Part shown: positions 54,847 to 64,000 of the stretch, one piece after another
Position numbering within the stretch: the first letter of the stretch is position 1
Layout: each line of letters starts with the position of its first letter
From: Candidatus Doudnabacteria bacterium RIFCSPHIGHO2_02_FULL_42_25
GTDB lineage: Bacteria > Patescibacteriota > Doudnabacteria > UBA920 > O2-02-FULL-48-8
Length of the DNA stretch: 64,000 nt
Assembly: GCA_001777665.1 (NCBI GenBank)
Contig: MFEQ01000006.1
Coordinates: forward strand, 128,880 to 192,879
Reading direction: 5' to 3'
Program-made: the position numbers and the translations under genes
Notes under the pieces: model-generated
Told to the model about the DNA's origin: nothing
Seen by the model: the letters and a program-made list of their open reading frames with translations, nothing else
The model's database searches: none

Positions 54847-55866
54847 TTACTGTACGGTGACTTTTATACTATAGTTTTTAGATGATTGGTTTGCAACCGA
54901 ATACGGAGTAAACACAAACGATTGATCTGCTTTAAACGAGATCGTTTTGCTGTTGCCTGGAGCGACAAGACCTGAATTCACTACCGAGCTTCTGAAATCC
55001 AATCCCGAGCTCATACTCTCATGAACTTTGAAAGTAACTTGTACTATCGCATCTTTCGTTACGGTAATTTCACCAGGATTAGAAGCCACATCATCAGCTG
55101 TGATGGTAAAACTCTGAATCGCTGGTGGCGGTGGAGTAGTGGTTGTAGTCGTGGTCGTTATACTCGCCGCTTGAACAGAAGAGCTAGCTTCAGCTTTTGA
55201 GAATTTGAAAGTTGAGAGAATCCCGACAAAATCTGTAGCGGCTGTGAGCTCGCCATAATTTGCTCCACCGTAACCTTTCGAATAACCGTCAACGAATACA
55301 TCATAGTTTGCTCCAGCGATATATGCATACTTCGCAGGACCGCCTTCACCATTACACGAAACAGCTCTCACGCTTACGACATCAGGATTTGTCACTGTCT
55401 CGAGTTTGCACTCTACCGCAACTTCTATCCCCTGTTGGGCCGGTTGTGGGTTACTGGCAGCTGTGTAAACGCCGTTGAAATAATCTTGCGCGTCTTTTTT
55501 GATTGTCGCGTCTTTCAAAACTACGAGCACTAATGGTCCGACATGGAAACCATGAACTGGTGCTTGAAAGGTTCCAAGTACAGAATTATCAGAAATAGCT
55601 CCGGCTTGTAAATTGGTCGGGTGTCGAAGACTGAAAACGTGCTTCTCATTCTCGTAAACTTTCCAACCTGTGGTAGAAACTGCAGGCGCTTCTTCCTCCT
55701 GTACTGGAGGAGTTGGTGGAGGTGTTGTAGGCGAATTTAGAGTTTGGGTATTATCTTGCTCCACTTGCAGCGGTTCGACTCTTTGATTTAAAATATAAAA
55801 TCCAAAACCCAAAGCTAACGCAGCAACCACTAACATAGTTAGTAAAACCTTGGTTCCTTTTTTCAT
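54847..55866 (-). CDS. Membrane-anchored surface protein with Thr/Pro-rich linker
   Basis: TM anchor KVLLTMLVVAALALGFGFYIL. TTTTTTTTPPPP and TPPPTPP linkers, beta-rich C-terminus. Start at MKKGTKV (55866). Confidence 0.5.
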   Translation of the reverse strand: MKKGTKVLLTMLVVAALALGFGFYILNQRVEPLQVEQDNTQTLNSPTTPPPTPPVQEEEAPAVSTTGWKVYENEKHVFSLRHPTNLQAGAISDNSVLGTFQAPVHGFHVGPLVLVVLKDATIKKDAQDYFNGVYTAASNPQPAQQGIEVAVECKLETVTNPDVVSVRAVSCNGEGGPAKYAYIAGANYDVFVDGYSKGYGGANYGELTAATDFVGILSTFKFSKAEASSSVQAASITTTTTTTTPPPPAIQSFTITADDVASNPGEITVTKDAIVQVTFKVHESMSSGLDFRSSVVNSGLVAPGNSKTISFKADQSFVFTPYSVANQSSKNYSIKVTVQ

Positions 55867-56009
55867 AGTAGATGATGGTCTTAATGGTGTATCTAAAATC
55901 CTATTTTGTATCTTTGTAGGGACTTTTCTAGGCATTTTATTTTAGCGAAACTCTAATATTATTGTTACTTCCAGATATTAGCACAAAAAAAACCACCAAG
56001 CCATTGCTC

Positions 56010-56153
56010 TTAGTGGTATTGTCGACTTGTGCCTATTCGTCCGCAATTGTCACAGACGTATAACCCCAATACTATTCGATACCAGGGCCGTCCGTTGCCA
56101 CAACGCGGACACTTCTTCGGCTTGTCGTCCTTAACCATACAGTGCTCTCCCAT
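56010..56153 (-). CDS. Small 4-Cys zinc-ribbon protein (47 aa)
   Basis: ggagg SD + ATG. MGEHCMVKDDKPKKCPRCGNGRPWYRIVLGLYVCDNCGRIGTSRQYH. A minus-strand terminator hairpin accac..gtggt + T8 overlaps the stop. Confidence 0.35.
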   Translation of the reverse strand: MGEHCMVKDDKPKKCPRCGNGRPWYRIVLGLYVCDNCGRIGTSRQYH

Positions 56154-56161
56154 CACGCCTC

Positions 56162-56437
56162 CTACAAAGGTTCAATCCGTTGGATTATGAATTCCTCGTA
56201 CACGGGGTTGGCCAGCAGCTTTCTGGCTAGAACAGGCGCTCGCCCCTTGGCTTGGCGGAGGGTCACGTTTTCAAGATCGACTTGGAAGTACTTTCCTGTC
56301 GTGACTGATGTGACAGGGAGCCCTAGATCGCAAAGCTGTTCCTTCTTCGCAGCTCCTTCCGGGTTCGGTATGTGTCCTTTGTGCTTGACGAGTATTTCTA
56401 CTCGCACCTTCGCGAACTTCTGAGCATTGATCCGCAT
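56162..56437 (-). CDS. purS: Phosphoribosylformylglycinamidine synthase subunit PurS
   Basis: 91 aa. GKYFQVDLE and ARKLLANPVYEEFII match the PurS C-terminus. GC-rich. Confidence 0.7.
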   Translation of the reverse strand: MRINAQKFAKVRVEILVKHKGHIPNPEGAAKKEQLCDLGLPVTSVTTGKYFQVDLENVTLRQAKGRAPVLARKLLANPVYEEFIIQRIEPL

Positions 56438-56515
56438 GGTTCCTCCCGGTTTTGGTTTTCATAGCAGTATAACAAAAAACTCCCCTTTCGGGGAGTGCTT
56501 TGAAATGCCCAAAAA

Positions 56516-56758
56516 TTACATACTTGCCGAGTGATCGTGGCCCATGTGACTCATTTCACCACGACATTCTTTACAGCGCATACCATGAGTAGCAATTTCA
56601 TAAATCGCTGATAGTGCCACCAGCGCATAAACAGTTCGAACTAAACCAGACGGTAGACCCCATTGGGCGACATCCCAGTTAAAAAGATACAGTCCCCAAT
56701 TCAAAGCTCCGATCATTGCTAAGGTAAAAGTCACGGTATGTAAACCTCGAATATGCAT
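56516..56758 (-). CDS. DUF378-family small membrane protein
   Basis: LAMIGALNWGLYLFNWDV is the DUF378 signature; His-rich C-terminus. Confidence 0.65.
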   Translation of the reverse strand: MHIRGLHTVTFTLAMIGALNWGLYLFNWDVAQWGLPSGLVRTVYALVALSAIYEIATHGMRCKECRGEMSHMGHDHSASM

Positions 56759-56883
56759 ATTTTATTCCTTTATTTAATGCTTAACGTAAGCATATGCCTA
56801 AAAAATTCGTTTGTAAAATACCCGAGTAATTGGTAATCTATAAGGCTTGGTTCCCTTCACTTTCAACTCGGAGGAGTTTAAAA

Positions 56884-57492
56884 ATGGCTAATAAGAAGCG
56901 GCTGGGTATTCTGATCTCTGGTCGCGGGAGCAACATGGTTAACATCGCTCGGAAAGTTGAGTCCGGCATCATTGATGCCAAAGTCTCTATCGTCATCTCA
57001 GACGTCGCTGAAGCTCCAGGGCTTGATCTGGCAAAAGGGTTGGGTCTCAAAACCCTCCACCTCTCCCCGAAAGGCATGCCAAAACTCGACTACGACAATC
57101 TACTCGCCGGCACACTTCTCGAGTATGAAGTGAATATCGTGATCCTTGCCGGCTTCATGCGCTTGGTCAAAGAACCGTTGCTGGCGGCTTTTCGCAACGA
57201 CATCTTGAACATCCACCCTTCTCTACTTCCGTCGTTTCCAGGACTGCACGCTCATCGCGACGTTCTCGCACACGGTGCGAAAGTCTCCGGGTGCACAGTT
57301 CATCTGGTCAACAACAAGACTGATGACGGTCCGATCATCGTCCAGCGCACCTGTCCGGTATGGGACACTGACACGGAAGAAACTTTGGCAGCGCGGGTAC
57401 TGGAACAGGAACACATTGCCTTTCCAGAGGCAATCAACATTCATCTCGCTGGCAAATGGATGATCAACGGCCGGCGTTTCGTGAGAGGATAA
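56884..57492 (+). CDS. purN: Phosphoribosylglycinamide formyltransferase
   Basis: ggagga SD. MANKKRLGILISGRGSNM..., NIHPSLLPSFPG. GC-rich. Confidence 0.85.
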   Translation: MANKKRLGILISGRGSNMVNIARKVESGIIDAKVSIVISDVAEAPGLDLAKGLGLKTLHLSPKGMPKLDYDNLLAGTLLEYEVNIVILAGFMRLVKEPLLAAFRNDILNIHPSLLPSFPGLHAHRDVLAHGAKVSGCTVHLVNNKTDDGPIIVQRTCPVWDTDTEETLAARVLEQEHIAFPEAINIHLAGKWMINGRRFVRG

Positions 57493-57497
57493 ACGAC

Positions 57498-58823
57498 ATG
57501 CGAATTTGGCTACTAGGAACTGAGGGTCGGCTGGCCAAGATGGCACGACATCTCAACAAGTTCGGACACGACGTGTTCTTTTCCGGGCCCGGTTGTCCTG
57601 GAACTGAACGACATGCTTCGCGCATCAAATTCGATCTCAAGGAACTGGACTTCCAGAAGATGCGGCAACTCGCATCGGACCACGCGATCGATTTGGCTGT
57701 TCCAGGTTCCGAGGACCTACTCGATCAAGGAATCGTCAACGAGTTCGAAGGAGTTTGCCGGGTATTCGGTCCGACGCGTGAAGCGGTCAAACTCGAAACC
57801 GACAAACGGTTCTCCTACGAAATCATGACGAATGTCAAAATCCCACAGGCCTTCACCCGATGGTACGAGAACTTCCATATCGCTTACGGGGATCTCAAAT
57901 CCCACTTCGATAACTTCGACCTGCCGCTCGTAATCAAGCCACAAGGTCCCACTGCCGGGAAAGGTGTTATCGTCGCACACGATCTGGCAACTGGCAAAAA
58001 AGCCTTGAAGGACATGCTGGTTGATCATAAGTACAAAGAAGCCAGCCGCATGATCGGACTCGCTGACTACCTGACAGGCTCGGAGTGCACTGTATTCGTC
58101 CTCAGCGACGGGCACGAAGACTCGATCCGATTTTTTGCAGCGGCACGTGACTGCAAAGCCGCCTGGCCAGCCAAGGATGGCAAGCCTGCAGGACCGAACA
58201 CGGGTGGCATGTGGGGACTTTCAAGCATCCCAGAATGGGATGAGTTCCTTTACGAAGAAGTAATGGGCTATGCACGAAACGTTATCAGACTCATGCGTCG
58301 AATGCGGCATCCTTTCCGAGGGTGCCTCTATATCTCGCTGAAGCTCGTACCCATGGAAGATCTCCCACGACTTGTGACACCTACGGTGGTCGAATTCAAC
58401 GGCAGATTCGGTGATCCGGAAGCGCAAGCCACGTTCGAGCGACTCGAAAGTGACCTCGCTCCGATTCTCTGGGCTTGCACGGAATCAGGCAAGCTCAATT
58501 CAGTCGAAATCAAGATGAGCGATCGCGTCGGTGGTTGTCTCGTCATTGCCGCCCCGGGTTATCCGGAATCCTCTCAGAAGGGAGGAAAGATCACTGGGAC
58601 CGAGGAAGCCGAAGCCCTAGGTGTGGAAGTCGAACATTGCGGCACCAAACTCAACGACGCCAACGAACTAGTCGTCGACGGCGGCAGGGTTCTCAACCTC
58701 AATGCTTCTGATGCTAACGTTGAGGCACTCCGCGACAAACTGAACAGAGCAGCGGCCTGCATCCACTTCGAAGGAGGTCAGCACTGGCGCAACGACTTCG
58801 GTGATCCCTCAGTAGCGTCATAG
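57498..58823 (+). CDS. purD: Phosphoribosylamine--glycine ligase
   Basis: MRIWLLGTEGR..., ATP-grasp LVIKPQGPTAGKGVIVA. GC-rich. Confidence 0.85.
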   Translation: MRIWLLGTEGRLAKMARHLNKFGHDVFFSGPGCPGTERHASRIKFDLKELDFQKMRQLASDHAIDLAVPGSEDLLDQGIVNEFEGVCRVFGPTREAVKLETDKRFSYEIMTNVKIPQAFTRWYENFHIAYGDLKSHFDNFDLPLVIKPQGPTAGKGVIVAHDLATGKKALKDMLVDHKYKEASRMIGLADYLTGSECTVFVLSDGHEDSIRFFAAARDCKAAWPAKDGKPAGPNTGGMWGLSSIPEWDEFLYEEVMGYARNVIRLMRRMRHPFRGCLYISLKLVPMEDLPRLVTPTVVEFNGRFGDPEAQATFERLESDLAPILWACTESGKLNSVEIKMSDRVGGCLVIAAPGYPESSQKGGKITGTEEAEALGVEVEHCGTKLNDANELVVDGGRVLNLNASDANVEALRDKLNRAAACIHFEGGQHWRNDFGDPSVAS

Positions 58824-58865
58824 TCTGCAAGCATCAAGCGAGCAATTCGCTTGGTGTTCTTTTTT

Positions 58866-60080
58866 TTAAAATTTATATTGGCCATTGGTGTAGATAATCT
58901 TTGATCGGCCATTGTTCCAATGCGCAGTGATTGTTCGAGGTGTAGTCGTAACCACATCAGTGTGCACAGTGGATTCGTTGTATCCCAATTTTAATTTATC
59001 AGCTTTCGTAAGTTTAGCTGGGTTACCTACGTAGGTATCTACGTAGGAAGCGCCCAGGGCAACGTGAGAGTTGCCATATTCGCCTCCGATATTTTCATCA
59101 AACAAAGTCTCGGCCATGAATTTATCAATTTTCGAAAACCGGCGATCAGTCATGGAGAATTCCCCTAGCTTATTTGCGTTCGGGGTAGCGATCATGTGTT
59201 TGAGGAGAGCTTCATTTTTTTTCGCAGTCGCTTTGGTCACCAGTCCGTTTTTGAATTCTAGATAGATTCCAGTGACTATATTCCCATATCGATACAGCGG
59301 TTGATTGAATCGCATCCAACCATTCGTCCCTCGCCAGTCTGGAGAAGTAAAAATCTCAAAGCTCGGAATATTCCGGCCACTTCCACCCAGCCAATTCCGG
59401 GTTTTACCTATCGTCACCCACAAATTCGCATCAGAGCCAGTGACATGCACTTTATCAATTTTCATTTTATTCAATTTCAATCGGTAAGACTCCAACTGAT
59501 TGGCAACCGATTTCCATTTGGCAATCGGATTTTTTTCATTGAGAAAACAAGCTTTGATAATCTGATTCCAGTACTCTTTCAAACTCAGCCCAGCTTCATG
59601 AGCCATGGCTTCTGTCCCATAGAGTGCTAGGGTCCAAGTAAATTTTCCTTTGTGCTCTTTGGCATTGCGCCACTCGATGTATGGTTTATGTGATTCACCT
59701 CTCGCCATAATTTTCTGTGGATCGACACCGTGGAGAGCCCTGACATCTGTCTCACTTAATACATAAATCGAATGATCAATCTCATCCACTATCCCCTTCA
59801 TGTATTTGCTCGGAAAAAATTTGATCTGATGATCCTGGGCATTCACGAAAAATTCTTTTTCAAAGTTATACGGATGATGTTGATCTGGTCGATAAGATGA
59901 GATAACATGACCACCTGCTTTGAGTACAGCTCGGTATAATTCCAAATACAGGGGTTTGGCCGATTCATGACAAATAAGCATGACTACATCACCATGCTGA
60001 ATACCCTTGCCGCCGTTGAGGGCGTAATTGACTAAGACATTGGCGTAGTTTTTCAAAATCTTCTGGGATGGTGTATACAT
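58866..60080 (-). CDS. M29-family aminopeptidase (AmpS/PepS-like)
   Basis: 404 aa. N-terminal KNYANVLVNYALNGGKGIQHGDVVMLI and overall M29 (thermophilic aminopeptidase) layout. Confidence 0.75.
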   Translation of the reverse strand: MYTPSQKILKNYANVLVNYALNGGKGIQHGDVVMLICHESAKPLYLELYRAVLKAGGHVISSYRPDQHHPYNFEKEFFVNAQDHQIKFFPSKYMKGIVDEIDHSIYVLSETDVRALHGVDPQKIMARGESHKPYIEWRNAKEHKGKFTWTLALYGTEAMAHEAGLSLKEYWNQIIKACFLNEKNPIAKWKSVANQLESYRLKLNKMKIDKVHVTGSDANLWVTIGKTRNWLGGSGRNIPSFEIFTSPDWRGTNGWMRFNQPLYRYGNIVTGIYLEFKNGLVTKATAKKNEALLKHMIATPNANKLGEFSMTDRRFSKIDKFMAETLFDENIGGEYGNSHVALGASYVDTYVGNPAKLTKADKLKLGYNESTVHTDVVTTTPRTITAHWNNGRSKIIYTNGQYKF

Positions 60081-60137
60081 AGGGTTACTTTATGGTATAA
60101 TAAGACAAAGATCAACCTTAAAAAGGATACAAAAAAT

Positions 60138-61280
60138 ATGAAAATTGAGCAAAAACGCTGGACGAAGGATGGAGGCTGGGAGAATCTTTCCACTCAAGCT
60201 GGAATTAATCCCCAATTAGTTTTGGCATTTGGCGAACGGACGCTTATCGAAGACCCCAATAATTTTCAACAGATCAAAAGCTTTTACCCAAGCGCGAACA
60301 TTATCGTCTGCTCCACGGCTGGTGAAATTTTAGGGGATAAAGTTACGGATAATTCTATCGTGGTCAGTGCTATCGAATTCGAAAAAACTCAACTCCAGTT
60401 CCAACAAGCAGTGATCGGACAAGCCGATGACAGTAAAAAAGTTGGTAACCAGTTAGCAGAAACTTTGCCGAAAGAAGGATTGGTTCACGCCATGGTGTTT
60501 TCCGATGGCTTGAAAGTCAACGGCACGGCCCTAGTCAATGGGCTAAATGAAAAACTTCCGCCAACGGTATCAGTGACAGGAGGCTTGGTCGGCGATGGGG
60601 CGAATTTCAAAAAAACTTCACTGGGACTAAATGAACCTGGTCAGGAAGGTAAGGTTATTTTAGTCGGCTTTTATGGAACCAATCTCAAAATTGGTTATGG
60701 GTCCCTTGGAGGTTGGGATGCGTTTGGTGTAGAACGTGTAATTACCAAAGCTAAAAATAATATCCTATATGAATTGGATGGCCAGCCAGCCCTAAAACTT
60801 TATAAAGAATATCTGGGCGACCAAGCTGCAGGACTGCCTTCGACCGGCCTCCTCTTTCCTCTACGCTTACGTTTAAATGACGGCAAACAGACCGAAGTTG
60901 TCCGAACGATTCTAGCAGTGGATGAAAAAGAACAAAGTATGACATTTGCCGGGGACATGCCCGAAGGCACACCAGCGGCACTAATGAAGGCAAATTTCGA
61001 ACGCTTAATCGATGGAGCTTCTGGCGCTGGCAACATGAGTGTCGAACAACTAGGCAAACAAGAACCAGAACTAGCGGTCCTGATTAGTTGTGTCGGCCGG
61101 AAACTGGTGCTGAAAGAACGAATCGATGAAGAAATCGAAGCGGTTCGCACAGCGATTGGTAAAAATTCAGCCATCACTGGGTTCTATTCTTATGGAGAAC
61201 TCTGTCCCACCGCAGCCACGGAAAAACAATGCCAGCTCCACAACCAAACCATGACCATCACGACATTTCGCGAAGTCTAA
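60138..61280 (+). CDS. FIST (FIST_N + FIST_C) sensory domain protein
   Basis: 380 aa. Layout and motifs (IVCSTAGEILG ... VTGGLVGDG ... GFYSYGE) typical of FIST domains. Confidence 0.65.
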   Translation: MKIEQKRWTKDGGWENLSTQAGINPQLVLAFGERTLIEDPNNFQQIKSFYPSANIIVCSTAGEILGDKVTDNSIVVSAIEFEKTQLQFQQAVIGQADDSKKVGNQLAETLPKEGLVHAMVFSDGLKVNGTALVNGLNEKLPPTVSVTGGLVGDGANFKKTSLGLNEPGQEGKVILVGFYGTNLKIGYGSLGGWDAFGVERVITKAKNNILYELDGQPALKLYKEYLGDQAAGLPSTGLLFPLRLRLNDGKQTEVVRTILAVDEKEQSMTFAGDMPEGTPAALMKANFERLIDGASGAGNMSVEQLGKQEPELAVLISCVGRKLVLKERIDEEIEAVRTAIGKNSAITGFYSYGELCPTAATEKQCQLHNQTMTITTFREV

Positions 61281-61286
61281 TCATAA

Positions 61287-62657
61287 ATGCATCGAATCCT
61301 CAAAAGACAAGTTGAACGAACCTTCGAAGATGTCTCAAAACTGACGCCGGAGGTTAAATCATTACTCGATCTGGTCAGTAACACTTACGACCATTTCGAC
61401 GAAGATCGGAAATTACTCGATCGGTCTTTGAGTTTGAGTTCTCAAGAATTTTTGGAGAAAAGTAAAAATTTAGTCGAAGCTAAAACGAAAATTGAAGAAA
61501 TCGTCCATGAACGGACCCAAGAACTTCGCAAAACCCAGGCACGACTAATCGCTTCCATCGAAAGTTTGTCTCTCGGGTTTTTGATTTTAGATGAAAAGGG
61601 TAAGGTTTTTTTGGGCAACCGAATGTTCAACGAAATTCTGGGGGTAAGTGCTGATAATTCAGTGGAACAAATTGACGATCAGCTCGGTGACAAAATCAAT
61701 CTCAAATCAATGTTTGACGATGCGATTACCAATCGAAAAACTCTGTCTGCAAAAATTCCTTACGGCCAGAAATCATTGACCGTTTTTGTCAGCCCGATTG
61801 CCCTCAATCCTGCCAAAAGTATTGGCGCTGTGCTGGTGATCGAGGATATCACCAAAGAACAACAAATCGACCGGGCGAAAACCGAATTCGTGAGTATGGC
61901 CAGCCACCAGCTGCGCACTCCCCTGACCATCGTCAAATGGCACATCGAAGCCATGCGGCTAAAGCTGCTCAATCATCCCTACGAACGAGTGATTAAAAAA
62001 AACCTCGATCATATCGACGAGGGAACGAAACGGATGATTGCTTTGGTCAAGGCCTTACTCAACGCCTCCAGAGTTGAACTCGGGAAAATGTCAGTCATCC
62101 CAGAACCGCTCGATTTTTTGGAACAATGCAAAAACGTCATGGAAGAACTAACTGAAGAAATTAAAGTTAAAAATCTCCATGTCGTGGAAACGTTTGATCC
62201 GAATTTGCCTGAAATGACCGCGGACCAGAATATTTTAACTATGATTATCCAAAACTTATTAACCAACTCTGTGAAATACACTCCTCCAGATGGCAACATC
62301 CTCATAACAGCCAACCTTGCTGAAAACAACATGATCTTGTTTAAAATCACAGACAGTGGTTATGGTATCCCGAAAGAAGCGCAGAACAAAATTTACACAA
62401 AACTCTTCCGGGCTGATAACGTTAAACTCCTGAAACTCGGCGGTACGGGATTGGGTTTATACATCACCAAAGCCATCGTCGAAGCCGCCGGTGGAAAAAT
62501 ATGGTTTGAATCACCAGCAGCCATGCCCGCAGGAGTATTCAATACTACTCCGGAACAACCTGGAACCGCCTTCTCTGTCCTCCTTCCCATTAAATGGAAA
62601 CCGAAAGAAGAAGGAGTCTCACTGACTGCTGACGATAGTGATTTGCTTTATACATAA
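61287..62657 (+). CDS. Sensor histidine kinase (cytoplasmic; coiled-coil/PAS-like N-term + HisKA + HATPase_c)
   Basis: H-box EFVSMASHQLRTPLT, N-box NLLTNSVKYT, G-boxes DSGYGIP / GGTGLGL. Confidence 0.85.
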   Translation: MHRILKRQVERTFEDVSKLTPEVKSLLDLVSNTYDHFDEDRKLLDRSLSLSSQEFLEKSKNLVEAKTKIEEIVHERTQELRKTQARLIASIESLSLGFLILDEKGKVFLGNRMFNEILGVSADNSVEQIDDQLGDKINLKSMFDDAITNRKTLSAKIPYGQKSLTVFVSPIALNPAKSIGAVLVIEDITKEQQIDRAKTEFVSMASHQLRTPLTIVKWHIEAMRLKLLNHPYERVIKKNLDHIDEGTKRMIALVKALLNASRVELGKMSVIPEPLDFLEQCKNVMEELTEEIKVKNLHVVETFDPNLPEMTADQNILTMIIQNLLTNSVKYTPPDGNILITANLAENNMILFKITDSGYGIPKEAQNKIYTKLFRADNVKLLKLGGTGLGLYITKAIVEAAGGKIWFESPAAMPAGVFNTTPEQPGTAFSVLLPIKWKPKEEGVSLTADDSDLLYT

Positions 62658-62668
62658 TTAATTTTTTC

Positions 62669-63079
62669 ATGGCTAGTACTTTTGGGGACAAATTAATACT
62701 AATTGTTGAAGACGAAGACGCCTTAGCCGAGGTTTTGGCTGATACTTTAGAGATCGAAGGATTCAAAGTCAAAGTTTGCGGCAATGGTGAAGAAGGTCTG
62801 AAGTATGCGTTAGAAAGCCATCCGGACTTGATACTTTTGGATATGCTGATGCCGAAAATGAATGGTATGACCATGCTCACCGAACTTCGCAAACAGCAAA
62901 AATCCCCCATCAGTCCCGTGATTTTCTTTACCAATCTCAACCAGCTGGACAAAATCGCCAGCGCCGTCGAAGAAGGTGCTGAAGGCTACATGATCAAAGC
63001 CGAAACCTCACTCGAAGAAATAGTCAAAAAAGTTATAGATTTTTTCGAAAAAAAGGCCCGCCCGCCATCGCAAGCCTGA
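62669..63079 (+). CDS. Stand-alone CheY-like response regulator receiver
   Basis: LILIVEDEDAL...DLILLDMLMPKMNG...MIKAE. Intact acidic pocket and conserved K. Confidence 0.85.
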   Translation: MASTFGDKLILIVEDEDALAEVLADTLEIEGFKVKVCGNGEEGLKYALESHPDLILLDMLMPKMNGMTMLTELRKQQKSPISPVIFFTNLNQLDKIASAVEEGAEGYMIKAETSLEEIVKKVIDFFEKKARPPSQA

Positions 63080-63122
63080 TAGTATTGCTTTAATTCTTGC
63101 TCAGGCGTTGCGGGCGGGAAGC
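63058..63122. repeat. GC-rich long hairpin repeat (copy 2, inverted), overlapping RR stop
   Basis: cccgcccgccatcgcaagcctga...tcaggcgttgcgggcggg. See 32838-32912. Confidence 0.65.
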
Positions 63123-63153
63123 TACCAGTAAAGCTAAGCCAAGCGTTTAAATC

Positions 63154-63888
63154 CTAGTCTGAAACCAAGATATTCCCGGTCATGGTCGAGGCATGGGCGC
63201 TGCAATGGTATGGATAAATTCCATTAGTTGTAAAAAGAATGGTATAACTTTCCCCGGTCTTCAATGCCTGGGAATTTTGAGCTGGATAATAAGTATGATC
63301 GGGGTGGGAGTCAGTGTTTACATAGTGCTCGACGACCTCATCGTTAACCCAAGTCACTTTGGTTCCGGGTTTGATTTTTATATCCCTTGGCTTAAACATT
63401 AATTCAGACATTTTTATAGTTACTTCGTTTTCGTTAATTTCCTGATAGTTAAGCGCAAGGAAATGATCAATCGCAAATTCAAAGTGACCCTCATGGCAGG
63501 ATCGGTCTGGCCAGCAAGCCGTATAATTAACTTTATATAGTCCATTTGGTGCTGCTGGATTAAAATTTCTCCGCATCGCTAATTTATCGGAATCAATTTG
63601 AAGATCCCCGACACCATACTCCACGTCGTCTTTGATGATGGAAATCGACGACGGCGGGGCCAGATCAAAATTAAAATCAATAACAATATTTATTGGGGCA
63701 GCGGCTAAAACCGATCCGTGTGCCGGTGTGTTAGTTTCATAATGCGCACTTTTCTTTGGTGTGTTAAAAGAAATTGGGTTACTTTCAGTCTTTAAGTTAG
63801 TCGGCTCACTATTGGTATTATCGAGAAATAACCAAATTCCTAGAGCAATTACAACCAAAATAACCGGCAAAATAATTTTTTTTGACAT
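63154..63888 (-). CDS. Secreted CopC-domain + cupredoxin (plastocyanin/azurin-like) fusion protein
   Basis: Signal/TM at N-terminus. TPAHGSVL (CopC H.GS motif). C-terminal YPYHCSAHASTMTGNILV (Cys-x2-His-x4-Met type-1 copper ligands). Confidence 0.6.
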   Translation of the reverse strand: MSKKIILPVILVVIALGIWLFLDNTNSEPTNLKTESNPISFNTPKKSAHYETNTPAHGSVLAAAPINIVIDFNFDLAPPSSISIIKDDVEYGVGDLQIDSDKLAMRRNFNPAAPNGLYKVNYTACWPDRSCHEGHFEFAIDHFLALNYQEINENEVTIKMSELMFKPRDIKIKPGTKVTWVNDEVVEHYVNTDSHPDHTYYPAQNSQALKTGESYTILFTTNGIYPYHCSAHASTMTGNILVSD

Positions 63889-64000
63889 AATTTTTTTATT
63901 AATGACGATAATTAGAATAAATCAAACTCAATATTTTTGCTAAATTGATTACAATCAAGCCCGTCAACAGCCAATAATCTAAATTGTGAGTAAATAATTG

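Noticed and set aside
56777-56793. Dyad atgctta-acg-taagcat between DUF378 gene and purN, considered as a PurR-type operator
   Set aside because: It is a single 7-bp-arm palindrome, easily produced by chance in AT-rich DNA. No second copy near other pur genes in view, and no resemblance to known PurBox/PurR sites that I can assert.

Overview
This is an AT-rich bacterial chromosomal segment, densely packed with small minus-strand genes. Small split genes, an archaeal-type RibL, and tRNA-synthetases with inserts fit a Patescibacteria/CPR-like or other reduced-genome bacterium; that is inference only. Housekeeping backbone: fusA (truncated)-rpsG-rpsL, rpmB, mscL, glyA, tsaC, leuS, tatD, metG, nfo, glyQS, tgt, pnp, rpsO, parB, tRNA-Pro(GGG), tRNA-Leu(CAA). 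Accessory content is embedded in it. (1) A ~15 kb array (6.9-21.0 kb) holds one stand-alone PEP-synthase-type ATP-grasp gene followed by eight divergent paralogs. Each paralog ends in a PEP-utilizing phosphohistidine swivel domain, giving a split rifampin-phosphotransferase-like architecture. Three GC-rich SixA/PGAM-like histidine-phosphatase cassettes sit antisense in the array, each with its own near-consensus sigma70 promoter and terminator. One AT-rich homolog lies in-line, and a 3' pseudogene stub of a ninth paralog remains. (2) A riboflavin operon pairs an archaeal-type RibL FMN adenylyltransferase with a bacterial riboflavin kinase. (3) LeuRS carries an inserted alpha/beta serine-hydrolase domain. 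(4) An IS481-like IS with a 5-bp TSD sits next to a GC-rich secreted HExxH protein, a XerD-like recombinase, a pseudo-receiver and a three-gene split LigD (PE, ligase, Pol) with no Ku. (5) A GC-rich purS/purN/purD patch. (6) A FIST-histidine kinase-response regulator module and a CopC-cupredoxin fusion. (7) A ~2.3 kb GC-rich, ORF-poor island lies next to tRNA-Pro. Several families of GC-rich hairpin/palindromic repeats and a triplicated palindromic operator motif are also present. No CRISPR array and no rRNA genes were seen. All calls come from reading the translations and the nucleotide sequence by eye; no database search was possible.
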